Virus record (IMG/VR): IMGVR_UViG_3300042934_000768
Location: 6,449 to 70,448 of that record
Reading direction: 5' to 3' (one strand)
Origin: a virus
DNA: 64,000 nt
Under the pieces are notes generated by a model, which worked only from the letters and a program-made list of their open reading frames with translations, did no database searches and was not told where the DNA came from. Positions 53,489 through 64,000 of the stretch are shown piece by piece (the stretch's first letter is position 1; the number at the start of each line of letters is the position of its first letter). The position numbers were made by a program, and so were the translations under genes.

Positions 53489-53501
53489 GGGGTGTTAACA
53501 T

Positions 53502-56500
53502 ATGGCCACAACAGGCATTGATGATCGGGACTCTCTTTATGGGAGTCTCCGACCCCATCATTTACGCATCGGCGATACACAGTTCTTTGTTCCGCCGACG
53601 GCGATTACCGTCACCAAACGGATGAAAAACCAAACGGTCAACATGCTTCGAAGCAAGGGGAGCTTCATTAAGGGCAGCGGATTCTTTGATATGGTGATCG
53701 ACATGTCATTGTTTTTCCCGGACCGTGAATCGATCAACAACGAGCTGCGGCCACTTCTGGCACAAGTCAAGAAGTGTCCGTTTCTTCCTGTTGAGAACCT
53801 TCATCTCAACGACGTGTACGACATTCAGGCTGTTACGGTTGCCGGGCTTACAGTGTCTACGACGCCAGGATTTCCGCATTCACTGACAGCAAATTTTCAA
53901 TTTTACGCCTTTAATCCTTTCGTTTACATCTTCAATGAGAACGACAAAGAGTACAAAGAGTTGTTCAATTGGCCGCTGTTTCGCTGGTACTATCAGCGCA
54001 ATCTGCAACCAAGCGACGGGCGTTACACTTATTTCGAGCCGATGCGGGATGAGCTGACGGAATACTTTAAGTTCAAAACGACGTTCGAGGGCGACCTGCT
54101 CAAGATCCGTGAATGGCGCTTGGAGCGGGATCAGATGATCAAGCGGTGGGTTTCGGATAAGGCGAACAAGAAGTACATTGACCAGGAGGACTTCGACTTC
54201 ACCACATCAGCCTTTGATGAGATCGATGAGCGGATCTTCAACAGCACCCTGGACGAGCATTACAAGAAGGCCGTTTATGAGCATGACATTCAGATGGAGG
54301 ATTGGATCTTCGACGATCTGTACCTGCAGAATCTGAGCATCAGCTACCAGAACGTCATCACCTCACAGCAGATTCAGGGCCATGAAACGCCAACCCACCA
54401 ATATCTTGGATCAGCTGACACAATCATCGTGTGCAAATTCCAAACCGATGACGCCGAGACGCTGGCCAATTTTGAAGGCATGATCCGCCGCTCCAACTAC
54501 TTGGTGCGGGAATACCACAAGGAACTGTCCAATGGCTTCTTGGAGTTCGATCACCCGCTCGCTCGATTATTTGGCGTGCATTACGTAGTTGTTCAAGATG
54601 TACAGTCTTCTACCGTCGAGCGGCAGCCCGGCGTTTTCGATATTACACTGACGCTGATTGCTTACAACCGGGCCCAGAAAAAGCTGGCTGAGACAAAGTT
54701 GCTGAACGGTGAGGCGGATCCGGCGAGCTACGGTGGCTGGAAGAACTCACATGCGAAGCTGCTGTTGCCGGTCTTCGGGTGGGCCTCCTGGCTTGCCGAC
54801 CGACCGCTATTCAAAAGGGCGGGATCGGAGATTTGGAACAGTCTCATAGGCAAGGACATGCCGTATATGGATCTGGATCTGGAGAAAAAGGTGATCTTTG
54901 AAAATAAGGTGAAGCAAGGTTTCGCTGCCATTGAAATCTATCCGGATCTGGAGCTACCGACTTATACGGAAGTCGCAGAGGCAGGATTCCAAATCATTAA
55001 CAACAATAACGGATTCTACGTGGAGCCCGACTTCTTCTTGATCTATGATGATGTCTCCACGGTGAAAGACTTGAAGGGTATTCTGAACTCTTCCTTCAAG
55101 GCGGAAGCGAGAGACACCATTGGCGGGGGAGCGACGATCCAAGACAACGAGTATAAGTTGAATGAGTGGACGGCCGAATACACGCAGAAGCAGAAGACGC
55201 TGAAGACCGAGGCACTGCAGCCAAACATCAAGCAGGAGCCGCCGGCAGACGGACAGGATGGAAATATTGCGCCAGAGCAGATGGAATCTTTGATCCGTCA
55301 AAAAGCACAGAATCCTATCGACAACAAGCAGAATCCGACTGGGATGAAAGATAACCTGCTGCCGCAAGCATGGGTTGTCGCCTTCGCCAAGTCCTTTGAT
55401 GAGCAGCTTCGGCAGTTCTATTCGACTGGATATGAGACGAATCATAATCTGGGGAACGTTGTAGTGAACGAAGCAAACGTGCCGATCATGCAGACCGAGG
55501 ATATGCGGTTCTTCTCGGATAGGGACTTTATCCGGGAAGCGGCTCATATCGGCGTCATGCGGGCAAGCCGGGTCATGGGCGATCCGGAATCATTGGGGCG
55601 AAACTACGAGTTCAACATCGAGCAGGGGATTGCTCATCTCCAGTATTACTACGACCGGGTGAAAAAGTCGAACAATATCAGCCAGTACGTCTATGATGCG
55701 TTCGGCTTAAATGCGGACCTGGCGGCTGATATGAAGAAGTGCTATTTCGCAGCCGCTGTGTGCTTGTACCTTGGATTCGAGATCGAGTACAACCGGCTGC
55801 AGAAGTCGAATAAAAAGCTCAACTACGGGCTGATTCTGCAAGTGAAAAAGGTCCTGCAGCTGATTGACCAGACCAAGGATTGGGATACGGCCACGATCGA
55901 GAAGAAGGTCGCCGAACTTCCTGTCAAGGATTACAAGACAGCAAGCCTGAACAACGCTGCACCATTTGCCAAGCAAGATCCAGTGCTGGAGGAGTCGGCG
56001 TTCGAGGATCCGAATTTGACGCTGCAGATGATGTTCCATGACGTGGAGAAGTATGATCGCCGGGGACGCCTGGTTCGTGCCTTTCCAGCCTTCTTCATGA
56101 TGTTCATCGACGAGGGACAGTATATGGGCACGATCAAGCTGTCCGATAAGTATTTCGGATACCAGGCCGTGACGGATATCACCTACACCAACAGCCGCAG
56201 GATGGCGTCAAGCACGCTGGCGCTAGAGATGAGCAACGTAGCAGGAACGCTCTCGGACGGCGTGAAAGCGATGGATCTGACGCATCACGGCGCATGGGAT
56301 TTGATTCAGTCCTTGATTGCTCCGGGGTTTGCGGCCATGCAAGCCGAGCGGAGCCGAAACCGGGATTCCAATTGGTACAAGTCAATCATGCTGCGCACTG
56401 GCGCCCGGGTACACTTCCGGATGGGATATGGCTCCAACCCCATGAGTATGCCGACGTTAATGAACGGGACGATCACTCAGCTGGAGAACAATGGTGAGAC

Positions 56501-59500
56501 CGTATCGGTCATCGTCCAAGACGATGGGATCGAGCTGACCAACAAGATCAAGGCACACCCGGATGAAACGACAAGCGGGTTTATCTTCAGCAAGAAAGAG
56601 CCGACGGAAATTGTGGATGCACTGCTGCGGGATGACCAAGGGTTCCTCGGAAACCTAAAGCAGGCCATCAGTAATGCGGAGTACCTCAAACATTCGCTTG
56701 GTATCATACACTTTGGAGCTCCGGGTCGGCCAGCGGCGGCGATCGGTGGTGAACTGGGTGGCCGAGTTATGAATGAGATCAACATGAACATCTACGAGAC
56801 CGGCGGCAATTTGAATACGGAGAAAGGATTCTGGGGCAGGCTCGGTGACTTCTTCGGGGTAAGCAGCTTCGACGAACCAGGGATCAACATTAATCTGTAC
56901 GATAAGACGGTCTGGGATGTGCTGAACATCTGCGCTTCTGTGGGCGAAGACCATGTGGTCGCCGTGCATCCGTTCGATTTTCGGAGTACGATCTTCAGCG
57001 GGAAGCCTTACCATCCGATTGCCTTCGGGTATGCCGTTGACGGAAAAGACAACATCTCCTTGTACCGCAAGCCGTTCCGGCAGTTCCACATCTTCGACAG
57101 TGCGACCAACATCATCGACAACAACATCATGGCCACGGAGAACAACATGTATAACGTGGCTATCGGAACGTACTACAACGAAGGGAAGCTGGATACGACC
57201 GAAGCCATTTACGTGGACACGAACATCTGGCCGGAGAAGCTCCGAACGGTCAACATCGACACAACGCTGAACGCCCAAGGGATCCGGCTCGTGGAGAGCA
57301 TTCCGCTTGTAGGAGGATTGCTGAACAAGCCGTTCAAATGGTACTTCGACGAAGCCGTGGCGATCCGCATTGCAGCGGCGGGTCTAAAGGATCATGTGAA
57401 GAACATGTACGACGGCTACTTGACGGTGGTGGGAGATCCGGCAGTAAAGCCGTTCGACCAGCTGCTCATTAATGACACGCTGATCAACATGACCGGTCCA
57501 GCTGAAGTGCGAGAAGTCACCCAGATGATGAACCTGGAATATGGATTCATCACTATGATTAAACCGGATGCCGTCGTCGTAAACTCCGACCATACCCAGA
57601 TGAATTTCATGCAAACGTCGTATCAAGTGGCGGCTGCAGTTTCTGTAACGCACGTCATGCGCAGCATACTCGCCAATAAGGGATACCAGGGAGCCTTCCC
57701 GATTATGAATGCGGCCTGGGCGCTCATCAAGCGTCAGTTCAAGAAGATGACGCAAACGTTCAGAATCGATAAAGGGATTGAGAAATTGAAAGAAATGCTG
57801 GCGGTTAACACCAAGCCGACACCAGGATCTAACATCTGGGAGTATGACGAAGTGACAGGGAAGTGGAGAGAGTACAATCCGCTATCCGAAGAAACGAGAA
57901 GGAAATGGAAATTGAGCGGGCTAATGGATGAAATGATCAAGACTTTGGATAGCCTTGAGATGTCACAGGTCGAAGACCTCTTTGACCGAGCCGACGATGC
58001 TTTGAACAATCGCCAGTTCATGGGTTATCATAAGATTGATATAGCTAAAATAGCCAAGATGCGCTCGATCAGCTCCAAGCTCGCATTCCGTGGCGGGAAG
58101 CTCGCCGGAAAAGCCTTGAAGGGTGGACGCTGGGGAGTGCGAGGAGCTGTGGCAGCAACAGGCGTCGGCCTCATCCCCATACTCATTGAAACGTTTGTCA
58201 CGGAAATCTTGCTCGCTGGAGCTGCCGAGTATTTGGAGCGATTCCTGTTTACACGGCAAGCTTGTATTATCGCTCCACTCAAGAAAGACGGATACGAGTT
58301 CTCAGCCGGGATCAACGGCCACAAGGGCTCTGTCTTTACGGATTCCCCCGACTTGGTTCAACGAATCTTCACGGGTCCATTGCAATCCTTTTTCTTCGGG
58401 GTGCTGGGGGCGGATGTCGGGAAGTACGCAGCGCAGCCTGCTGTCGATGATGCTTTCGATATCCCAAGAGCGCAAGGCATGCGAGCGATGGCGGAGGAAG
58501 ACGACGAGCTTCCGTATGATCCTAATGTGATCGTGGCCAATTTTGTTGCAGCTCATCGGAAGGTGATTCCTTACGATGAATTATATAAGGCGCAATACGA
58601 GAAAGAGATTCTTGAAGTCCAGCAAGAATACCAGAAGCGTGTGGAGAAGCTGGATCAGGAAAATACCAGAGAGGCGGTCTATACGCTGGAAGAAACGTCG
58701 CCGGGAACTGCCACCGGAGGCAGCGGCTACACGAGAATTGACTTGAATATCCCGAGCGGGATATCGGCCGAAGCCATCAACAAGGCGTTTGAGGGTACGG
58801 GGCTCGCAGGTCTGGGTCAAACGTTCGCCAACCTGGAAAAATCCATCCCGCCAGTAAAGCATCCGAAAACGGGTGAAACGGGCAGCGTGAGCGGCGTCAT
58901 CAGTGCCCTGTATTTTGCGGCACATGCTGCGCTGGAGACAGGATGGGGCGACTCAGACATCTTCCGAGATAAGAACAATCTGTTCGGATATGGAGCGTAT
59001 GACTCCAGTCCTTACGAGTCGGCTTGGACCTTCGACAGCAAGCAGCATTGCATTAACTTTGCTGCGCAGCAGATCAAGAAAAGCTATCTGACCGAAGGCG
59101 GTGCCTACTACAACGGACCAACCCTGACCGGCATGAATGTAAAGTATGCTTCCGATAAGAAGTGGGCCGACAAGATTGCCAGTATCATGCGGAAGATTGC
59201 CAAGCTCGATCCGAACTACAAGGAGCCGGCCAGCCTGTCCACGAACGGAAAGGTCGAAGTGATCGGATCCGAAGGCAAGGTCAAGTACAGGATGAATGCG
59301 GATGAGGCCAGCAAGGTGCTGATCGACCTCAAGAAGCAGAAACTGGAGAGCATCAGGCTCACTTTGGTTTCTGCATCAAGCCTCATTCGCCAGTCTGCCT
59401 ACGATGCGCTGGAAGAGCTCGGTGCTTTGTACCTGAAGCGCACAGGAGAGAAGATTGCGATCACGAGCGCCTACCGGCCGGGAGATCCAGACTGGCACGG

Positions 59501-59750
59501 TACCGGGTTCGGTTGCGATATCGACACACCGAATGCAAAGATCATTTCAGGGGCTTACCGGCTACCGAAAGGAAGCAAGGAGAAACAAAATCTGGAGATC
59601 TTAATGGAGTTGGCGGTTCAAGTCGGGTGGGGCGGCATTATACACGGGGATGTGGATCTCATCGCCAAGATGAAAACGAAGTTCCCGGATTCCGGATTCA
59701 CGCAGATGAATGACCATTATAACCACCTTCATTTATCTTACTTGAGGTGA
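53502..59750 (+). CDS. Baseplate hub / tail lysin (2082 aa) with GH73 glucosaminidase and M15-like peptidase
   Basis: Hub motif RVHFRMGYGSN...NG.I; AHAALETGWG..NNLFG..YASD..W (GH73); ITSAYR...WH..G..CDID...HLH (M15). Confidence 0.85.
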   Translation: MATTGIDDRDSLYGSLRPHHLRIGDTQFFVPPTAITVTKRMKNQTVNMLRSKGSFIKGSGFFDMVIDMSLFFPDRESINNELRPLLAQVKKCPFLPVENLHLNDVYDIQAVTVAGLTVSTTPGFPHSLTANFQFYAFNPFVYIFNENDKEYKELFNWPLFRWYYQRNLQPSDGRYTYFEPMRDELTEYFKFKTTFEGDLLKIREWRLERDQMIKRWVSDKANKKYIDQEDFDFTTSAFDEIDERIFNSTLDEHYKKAVYEHDIQMEDWIFDDLYLQNLSISYQNVITSQQIQGHETPTHQYLGSADTIIVCKFQTDDAETLANFEGMIRRSNYLVREYHKELSNGFLEFDHPLARLFGVHYVVVQDVQSSTVERQPGVFDITLTLIAYNRAQKKLAETKLLNGEADPASYGGWKNSHAKLLLPVFGWASWLADRPLFKRAGSEIWNSLIGKDMPYMDLDLEKKVIFENKVKQGFAAIEIYPDLELPTYTEVAEAGFQIINNNNGFYVEPDFFLIYDDVSTVKDLKGILNSSFKAEARDTIGGGATIQDNEYKLNEWTAEYTQKQKTLKTEALQPNIKQEPPADGQDGNIAPEQMESLIRQKAQNPIDNKQNPTGMKDNLLPQAWVVAFAKSFDEQLRQFYSTGYETNHNLGNVVVNEANVPIMQTEDMRFFSDRDFIREAAHIGVMRASRVMGDPESLGRNYEFNIEQGIAHLQYYYDRVKKSNNISQYVYDAFGLNADLAADMKKCYFAAAVCLYLGFEIEYNRLQKSNKKLNYGLILQVKKVLQLIDQTKDWDTATIEKKVAELPVKDYKTASLNNAAPFAKQDPVLEESAFEDPNLTLQMMFHDVEKYDRRGRLVRAFPAFFMMFIDEGQYMGTIKLSDKYFGYQAVTDITYTNSRRMASSTLALEMSNVAGTLSDGVKAMDLTHHGAWDLIQSLIAPGFAAMQAERSRNRDSNWYKSIMLRTGARVHFRMGYGSNPMSMPTLMNGTITQLENNGETVSVIVQDDGIELTNKIKAHPDETTSGFIFSKKEPTEIVDALLRDDQGFLGNLKQAISNAEYLKHSLGIIHFGAPGRPAAAIGGELGGRVMNEINMNIYETGGNLNTEKGFWGRLGDFFGVSSFDEPGININLYDKTVWDVLNICASVGEDHVVAVHPFDFRSTIFSGKPYHPIAFGYAVDGKDNISLYRKPFRQFHIFDSATNIIDNNIMATENNMYNVAIGTYYNEGKLDTTEAIYVDTNIWPEKLRTVNIDTTLNAQGIRLVESIPLVGGLLNKPFKWYFDEAVAIRIAAAGLKDHVKNMYDGYLTVVGDPAVKPFDQLLINDTLINMTGPAEVREVTQMMNLEYGFITMIKPDAVVVNSDHTQMNFMQTSYQVAAAVSVTHVMRSILANKGYQGAFPIMNAAWALIKRQFKKMTQTFRIDKGIEKLKEMLAVNTKPTPGSNIWEYDEVTGKWREYNPLSEETRRKWKLSGLMDEMIKTLDSLEMSQVEDLFDRADDALNNRQFMGYHKIDIAKIAKMRSISSKLAFRGGKLAGKALKGGRWGVRGAVAATGVGLIPILIETFVTEILLAGAAEYLERFLFTRQACIIAPLKKDGYEFSAGINGHKGSVFTDSPDLVQRIFTGPLQSFFFGVLGADVGKYAAQPAVDDAFDIPRAQGMRAMAEEDDELPYDPNVIVANFVAAHRKVIPYDELYKAQYEKEILEVQQEYQKRVEKLDQENTREAVYTLEETSPGTATGGSGYTRIDLNIPSGISAEAINKAFEGTGLAGLGQTFANLEKSIPPVKHPKTGETGSVSGVISALYFAAHAALETGWGDSDIFRDKNNLFGYGAYDSSPYESAWTFDSKQHCINFAAQQIKKSYLTEGGAYYNGPTLTGMNVKYASDKKWADKIASIMRKIAKLDPNYKEPASLSTNGKVEVIGSEGKVKYRMNADEASKVLIDLKKQKLESIRLTLVSASSLIRQSAYDALEELGALYLKRTGEKIAITSAYRPGDPDWHGTGFGCDIDTPNAKIISGAYRLPKGSKEKQNLEILMELAVQVGWGGIIHGDVDLIAKMKTKFPDSGFTQMNDHYNHLHLSYLR

Positions 59751-59752
59751 TG

Positions 59753-60175
59753 CACATGGCATTGGATCAAACTCCACTACGCCAGAAGCTAAGCAAGGCC
59801 GGAACGGAGGGTGCGCTTGATACACGCACCTCCGGCCTTATCGGCTACGTGGTCAATTATCATCGCCAAGGCAGCAGCTGCAACTGCAAAAGGCACGCAG
59901 GTACCAGCATTGAGAAGTCCACGCAGCACACCGTCGATATTCACATTAGCCAGGGGAACCGTGTCAAAGAATTTCACGATGTCCCTTGCTTTGTTTATTC
60001 GCAAGGAATCATTGATAGAGGGCTGAAAGAAAACGATCGAGTTTGGGTGCAGTTCATCAATGGCGATCCGAGCACGCCGATCGTTACAGCCTATTACCGG
60101 GAGCCGTCGGTGGAAGAGAAGTTTTTACGGAATCTCGTGTACTCGATTGGCGACTTCTTCGGGAGCTTGGGGTGA
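59753..60175 (+). CDS. Baseplate spike-like OB-fold protein (gpV/gp5 N-terminal-like)
   Basis: DRVWVQFINGD...PIV motif; position after the hub. Confidence 0.6.
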   Translation, partial: HMALDQTPLRQKLSKAGTEGALDTRTSGLIGYVVNYHRQGSSCNCKRHAGTSIEKSTQHTVDIHISQGNRVKEFHDVPCFVYSQGIIDRGLKENDRVWVQFINGDPSTPIVTAYYREPSVEEKFLRNLVYSIGDFFGSLG

Positions 60176-60179
60176 TCAG

Positions 60180-60539
60180 ATGAAAACGTGGATGGAAACA
60201 TTAAACGAGTTGCTCTTGAATCAGGACGACAAGAACCTGAACCAGGTTGCCGAGGATCATACCAAGGCGAGCAGTGATGATGTCGGCTTCGTCAATCCGG
60301 TTTCCGGCGCAGGCATGCTGGCCCGTTCCAACGGAAGGCTGGAGGGATTTGCAGACTATGGTCTGGGCTTTCGGGTCGATCCGTCCAACAAGACGTTCTC
60401 GATCTATGGGTCCCGTATCCATCTGTTCTGCTCTGACTTCCAGGTGTTTGCCGGGGAGAGGGAGTTCCAGGTCATGGATCCGGAGCAGGAAGAGATTCTG
60501 GGGATGATCGGAGGCGTCGTCGATGAAAAAGTACAATGA
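60180..60539 (+). CDS. Baseplate-region protein
   Basis: ATG at 60180 after GGGGTG; beta-rich. Confidence 0.55.
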   Translation: MKTWMETLNELLLNQDDKNLNQVAEDHTKASSDDVGFVNPVSGAGMLARSNGRLEGFADYGLGFRVDPSNKTFSIYGSRIHLFCSDFQVFAGEREFQVMDPEQEEILGMIGGVVDEKVQ

Positions 60540-60933
60540 GAAAGACATAGCTTTCTATGCGGAAGGCGTTGTGGGTGACGTGGTGCTTGGGGCGCCGGAT
60601 GCCGACGGGCTCGTGGACTTTGCCTTAACCGAGCCTTATGATTGCGCCCGGCAAGATATTACGAACCGGGTACGCACGCAGCGGGGCGACTGGCGCCATC
60701 ACGGACACATCGGTGGCGACCTGGAGCTTTTGGAGGGCGAGCCGAACACAAGAGGAACAGCAATGAAAGGTGTTACGCAAATATATGACACCCTAACTGC
60801 CGATGGGCGGTTCGATCCGAAGAATCTGTATGTGCGGCCGGTTCCGGTCGATATTGAACAGATCGATTTTTATGTGCTGCTGGATGCCGGCGAGGAGAAG
60901 CCAGTCGCCGTCAAAAACAGCGTAGACCTATAG
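60523..60933 (+). CDS. Baseplate wedge gp25/W-like protein
   Basis: Q.I..R..T..GDW..H..IG.DL..L.GEPN motif. Confidence 0.75.
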   Translation: MKKYNEKDIAFYAEGVVGDVVLGAPDADGLVDFALTEPYDCARQDITNRVRTQRGDWRHHGHIGGDLELLEGEPNTRGTAMKGVTQIYDTLTADGRFDPKNLYVRPVPVDIEQIDFYVLLDAGEEKPVAVKNSVDL

Positions 60934-60948
60934 AGGCAGGTGAGCATC

Positions 60949-61797
60949 ATGCTACTAAAGCGTTCAGCGGATCAGGTGCTGCGGGATGCAATGGCGATTA
61001 TTGCAAAGAACACGCCGATCACGAACTTCAAGCCCGGAGCGATCGCCAGGGGTTTGGCCGAAGCGATGAAAGACGAGTTCCCGAAGCTGTATGACTATGC
61101 AGAGGCTGTATTGAATTACGGGTTTCTCAGTAAGGCTAAAGAGGAATATCTGGATTTGATCGGCGGCCTCTTCAGCTATAGACGCCGTAGCCGGACCGTG
61201 TATGACGAGAAGACCGGCCTCACCCGGGAAGAGCTGATCGATGATGAAACGTATCGGTACGAGATCTCTCAGCGAGTGCTGACTGCAGCCGCTGCAAACT
61301 TCCAGGCGCTGCGTCTAGCGGCTCTTGCTGTGCCGGGTGTGGACGATATCATTGGTATCGAGTATACCCACGGCACCGGAAGCTTCAGCTTCATGGTCGT
61401 TCCGTCTTTTGGCTTCTCGCCTTCTGAGGTGAAGACTGCCGTCATGCAGGTGCTCCAGGAGGTTAAAGGGTACGGGGTCCGGCGAAATGTCTTGCTTCCC
61501 CGGGAGATCCCTATGGAGCTGCAGGTGCAGCTGATCTTCCATGAGTCCACGACGCAAGCAGACCGGGAGAAGATCCGATTCGATTGCAAGTCGGCTCTAT
61601 TCAGCTACTTCGGCAATTTCAACCTGGCTCAGGGGTTCATCTATAACGATCTCGTGAAACAGATCATGGGCGCCAGTAAAGGCATCATGGATTTCACCAT
61701 CGTCAAGTTTTACTTGAACAACCAGCCCGTGTTGCTAACCAATCATTCCATTCTGAATGACGAGCTGATTGTTGCAAAATACATTGACATCTTATAA
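60949..61797 (+). CDS. Baseplate J-like protein
   Basis: TNF.PG.IAR...A..EYLDLIG...DETYR.....VPGV motifs. Confidence 0.8.
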   Translation: MLLKRSADQVLRDAMAIIAKNTPITNFKPGAIARGLAEAMKDEFPKLYDYAEAVLNYGFLSKAKEEYLDLIGGLFSYRRRSRTVYDEKTGLTREELIDDETYRYEISQRVLTAAAANFQALRLAALAVPGVDDIIGIEYTHGTGSFSFMVVPSFGFSPSEVKTAVMQVLQEVKGYGVRRNVLLPREIPMELQVQLIFHESTTQADREKIRFDCKSALFSYFGNFNLAQGFIYNDLVKQIMGASKGIMDFTIVKFYLNNQPVLLTNHSILNDELIVAKYIDIL

Positions 61798-61810
61798 GGG
61801 GGTTGTAAAA

Positions 61811-62308
61811 ATGGCAAGCACAGCAAATATGACGAAGATTCAGAAGTCGGACTTGGGCTTTGAGATCCAGGATCTAATTACCGACTTGCAAAATGCCAAT
61901 GGGGAATTTCCAACGGTGACGGAGCGGATGGACAGTCTGGATTCAACAAACGACAGCCAGGATCATCGCATCGATGGACTGGAGTCCAACTCTAGTCAGA
62001 GGCTGAACACCCACGACCAAGACATCGCTTTATTGAAAACCAAGGTCAATGCTCTCGGCGAGGTTGGAACCTTCCAAGAAGTGTTCACGTATGACGGGCA
62101 CGGCAACGTAAGCAAGCACATTGTCACTGGTGAAGTAGTCTTCACGATCGATTACGTGTACGCCGATGCAGCCAACGGTGTATTGAACTACTCCGAGAAG
62201 AAATATACGGATCAGGGTGGTAAGCAAGTCACGATCAAGAAGACGTATATTTATAACGGCACGACCGGCAACATTGAGCGCATTGACACGGCAACCACCA
62301 TTGTATAA
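61811..62308 (+). CDS. Tail fibre-associated coiled-coil/beta protein
   Basis: AAGGGGG RBS; N-terminal coiled coil, C-terminal beta hairpins. Confidence 0.6.
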   Translation: MASTANMTKIQKSDLGFEIQDLITDLQNANGEFPTVTERMDSLDSTNDSQDHRIDGLESNSSQRLNTHDQDIALLKTKVNALGEVGTFQEVFTYDGHGNVSKHIVTGEVVFTIDYVYADAANGVLNYSEKKYTDQGGKQVTIKKTYIYNGTTGNIERIDTATTIV

Positions 62309-62322
62309 GGCGGTGTAAACAC

Positions 62323-63501
62323 ATGGACGTTATTTCCCTTGGGAAAGCCAATAAGGCGTACAAAAATATCGTTGATCTGGATGAAAAACTCGTCGCCTTG
62401 CAAGCCGAAGGACGATTCCACAGCGTTGATGCACGCCTGGATTGGCTGCAAGATCAAGCTGAAAAATCCGGGATCTCCGTGGTTAACCAAGTAGATTTGC
62501 GGGATGGGGTGTTCAGCAATACAGAGCTGGTCGGCGGTAAGGTGATGCTCAAGTTCCTTTACACAATCGATAACGGGTATGGAAACGATGCCGTTCCCAT
62601 TATGACAGGTAATACGACATCTGGAGTAACTGTTACCGCTAGCGGGGTGTTTGGAAATCAATATCCTTGGTATGCATTCGACGGATCCCTCGGGACGTTT
62701 TGGTATGTAGTAGCAGCGCCGGCGCCAGCTGGCGGGCATTGGATTAAAGTGGACCTGGGGGCAGGTGTCAAGAAGAGGGTCGGAAAGCTGAGACTTCAAC
62801 CTGCTAATATCAGAACCAGCCAATGCAGCGTGAAGGATTGGAAGCTCTTTGGCTCCGATGACGATATTTCATATACGGAAGTGGCAGCAGGAACGCATGC
62901 CAATAACGAAAGCAAAGAGGAGTATATCTTTAGCAATCCAAACAGCTATCGTTATTATAGGCTGAACGTCATCTCGAACTATGATACAAGTGATCGGACA
63001 GCCGGATACGTCGAGATCTATGATATGGAACTTATACCTCTCGATGCGACAAACTACTATGCTCCAACAGGGACATGGGAGTCTCCTGTAATCGACCTCG
63101 GCGGGGGGTGGCTGAAGACAAATCTGGTGGAGCTCGTGAAGGATGTAGCTGCCGCCGGTTCTACAGCGGCGGTCGAGGTGGCCTCTTCGGTTGACGGGCA
63201 ATCCTTTACAGCGTTTGCGCCCCTAAATGCAGGCGCACCACCGAGTGGTCAATACTTGAAGTTTAAGATCACGCTCACGTCGCCATCACAAGCCGGTACG
63301 ACAAAAGCATTCGACTTTAATCAGTCCGATGTCCAAAACAAGTTCGCATTGAGCTTTGCGATTGCCGACGGTACGCTGAGATTGAAGACGAATCATTCGT
63401 TTCCAATGAACAGTGGCGGAGCTCTGGGAGCTGGAAAACTATTTTCAGCACCTATTCAGAAGAGTCTCTTCAAAGTAATTGAAAGAATTGAGGTGAGCTA
63501 A
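62323..63501 (+). CDS. Tail fibre / receptor-binding protein with discoidin (F5/8-like) domain
   Basis: AFDG...T.W...WI.VDLG...W.L.GS.D...YRYYRL motif. Confidence 0.75.
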   Translation: MDVISLGKANKAYKNIVDLDEKLVALQAEGRFHSVDARLDWLQDQAEKSGISVVNQVDLRDGVFSNTELVGGKVMLKFLYTIDNGYGNDAVPIMTGNTTSGVTVTASGVFGNQYPWYAFDGSLGTFWYVVAAPAPAGGHWIKVDLGAGVKKRVGKLRLQPANIRTSQCSVKDWKLFGSDDDISYTEVAAGTHANNESKEEYIFSNPNSYRYYRLNVISNYDTSDRTAGYVEIYDMELIPLDATNYYAPTGTWESPVIDLGGGWLKTNLVELVKDVAAAGSTAAVEVASSVDGQSFTAFAPLNAGAPPSGQYLKFKITLTSPSQAGTTKAFDFNQSDVQNKFALSFAIADGTLRLKTNHSFPMNSGGALGAGKLFSAPIQKSLFKVIERIEVS

Positions 63502-63503
63502 CG

Positions 63504-64000
63504 ATGCAAGGTACAGGTACTGCAGCAGATCCGTATTTGATCACTACACCCAATGACCTGAAGCTGGTGACAGGGGCGGCCAAACATTTCAAGCTCATGA
63601 ACGATTTGGATTTGACTGGCTTTGCATTTACCTATATGTATATTGATACAGGCGGATCGTTCGATGGGAACAACAAAAAAATAAAAAACCCTACGTCCTC
63701 GTATCGAGGGATCTTTTATTCAAATTATGGATTGATTAAAAACCTAACCATTGAGAATCCAACGATTACAAATAACACAGACAGCAATGCCGGAGGGCTT
63801 TGTGATTACAACACTGGAACTATCGAAAACTGTCAAGTTATTGGCGGTCAAGTAACGTTAAATATGACAAATGATTACCATCAGGCCGGAGGACTGGTTG
63901 GAACAAATACAAATAATGCAGTCATTCGGCGCTGCAAAACGGTAAACGTAAAGGTTAATGGAGGCAATGCTGCTGGAGGGCTTGTTGGTCGTCAAATGGG
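63504..64000 (+). CDS. GLUG-motif beta-helix fibre protein (partial, runs off the window)
   Basis: MQGTGTAADPYLIT...FKLMNDLDL...FDGN.K.I.N...AGGLVG repeats. Confidence 0.75.
   Translation, partial: MQGTGTAADPYLITTPNDLKLVTGAAKHFKLMNDLDLTGFAFTYMYIDTGGSFDGNNKKIKNPTSSYRGIFYSNYGLIKNLTIENPTITNNTDSNAGGLCDYNTGTIENCQVIGGQVTLNMTNDYHQAGGLVGTNTNNAVIRRCKTVNVKVNGGNAAGGLVGRQM

Larger units (their letters stand above)
1..64000 (+). mobile_element. Large myovirus-like phage or plasmid-prophage segment (accessory, tRNA, partition, head and tail modules)
   Basis: Co-oriented TerL, portal, protease, capsid, sheath, tube and baseplate genes, plus a tRNA array and ParM/ParR. No host housekeeping genes. Ends are not visible. 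Confidence 0.95.

Overview
The whole window is one co-oriented (+ strand) segment of a large contractile-tailed phage or plasmid-like prophage. Bacillota-type RBSs, sigma-A promoters and LexA/DinR boxes point to a Bacillota host, perhaps Paenibacillaceae (inference). Gene order: (1) accessory small ORFs, including two Tad2/DUF2829-like proteins and a stand-alone terminase-like ATPase; (2) a tRNA array mixing canonical tRNAs, variant tRNAs and several non-tRNA structured RNAs; (3) a ParM-ParR partition module with a 9-bp-periodic parC candidate and SOS boxes; (4) packaging and head genes (TerS, TerL, portal-MuF fusion, protease/scaffold, capsid); (5) neck, sheath, tube and chaperone genes, three ~2000-aa giant proteins, baseplate and the start of the fibre genes. 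Main finding: the 2292-aa ORF at 46610-53488, inside the tail module, carries beta-like then beta'-like two-barrel RNA polymerase motifs in order (including RYP..H and GDADGDQ), fused to an intact N-terminal DEDDh exonuclease. It is a candidate virion-delivered single-chain RNAP. Second finding: an AT-rich MauE + thioredoxin + 10-Cys peptide cassette (29470-30890) lies between two genes that encode complementary halves of one Ig-like domain. A 14-bp palindrome (TGTAATGCATTACA) recurs at intergenic and promoter sites across the window. All calls come from reading motifs by eye; no database searches were run.
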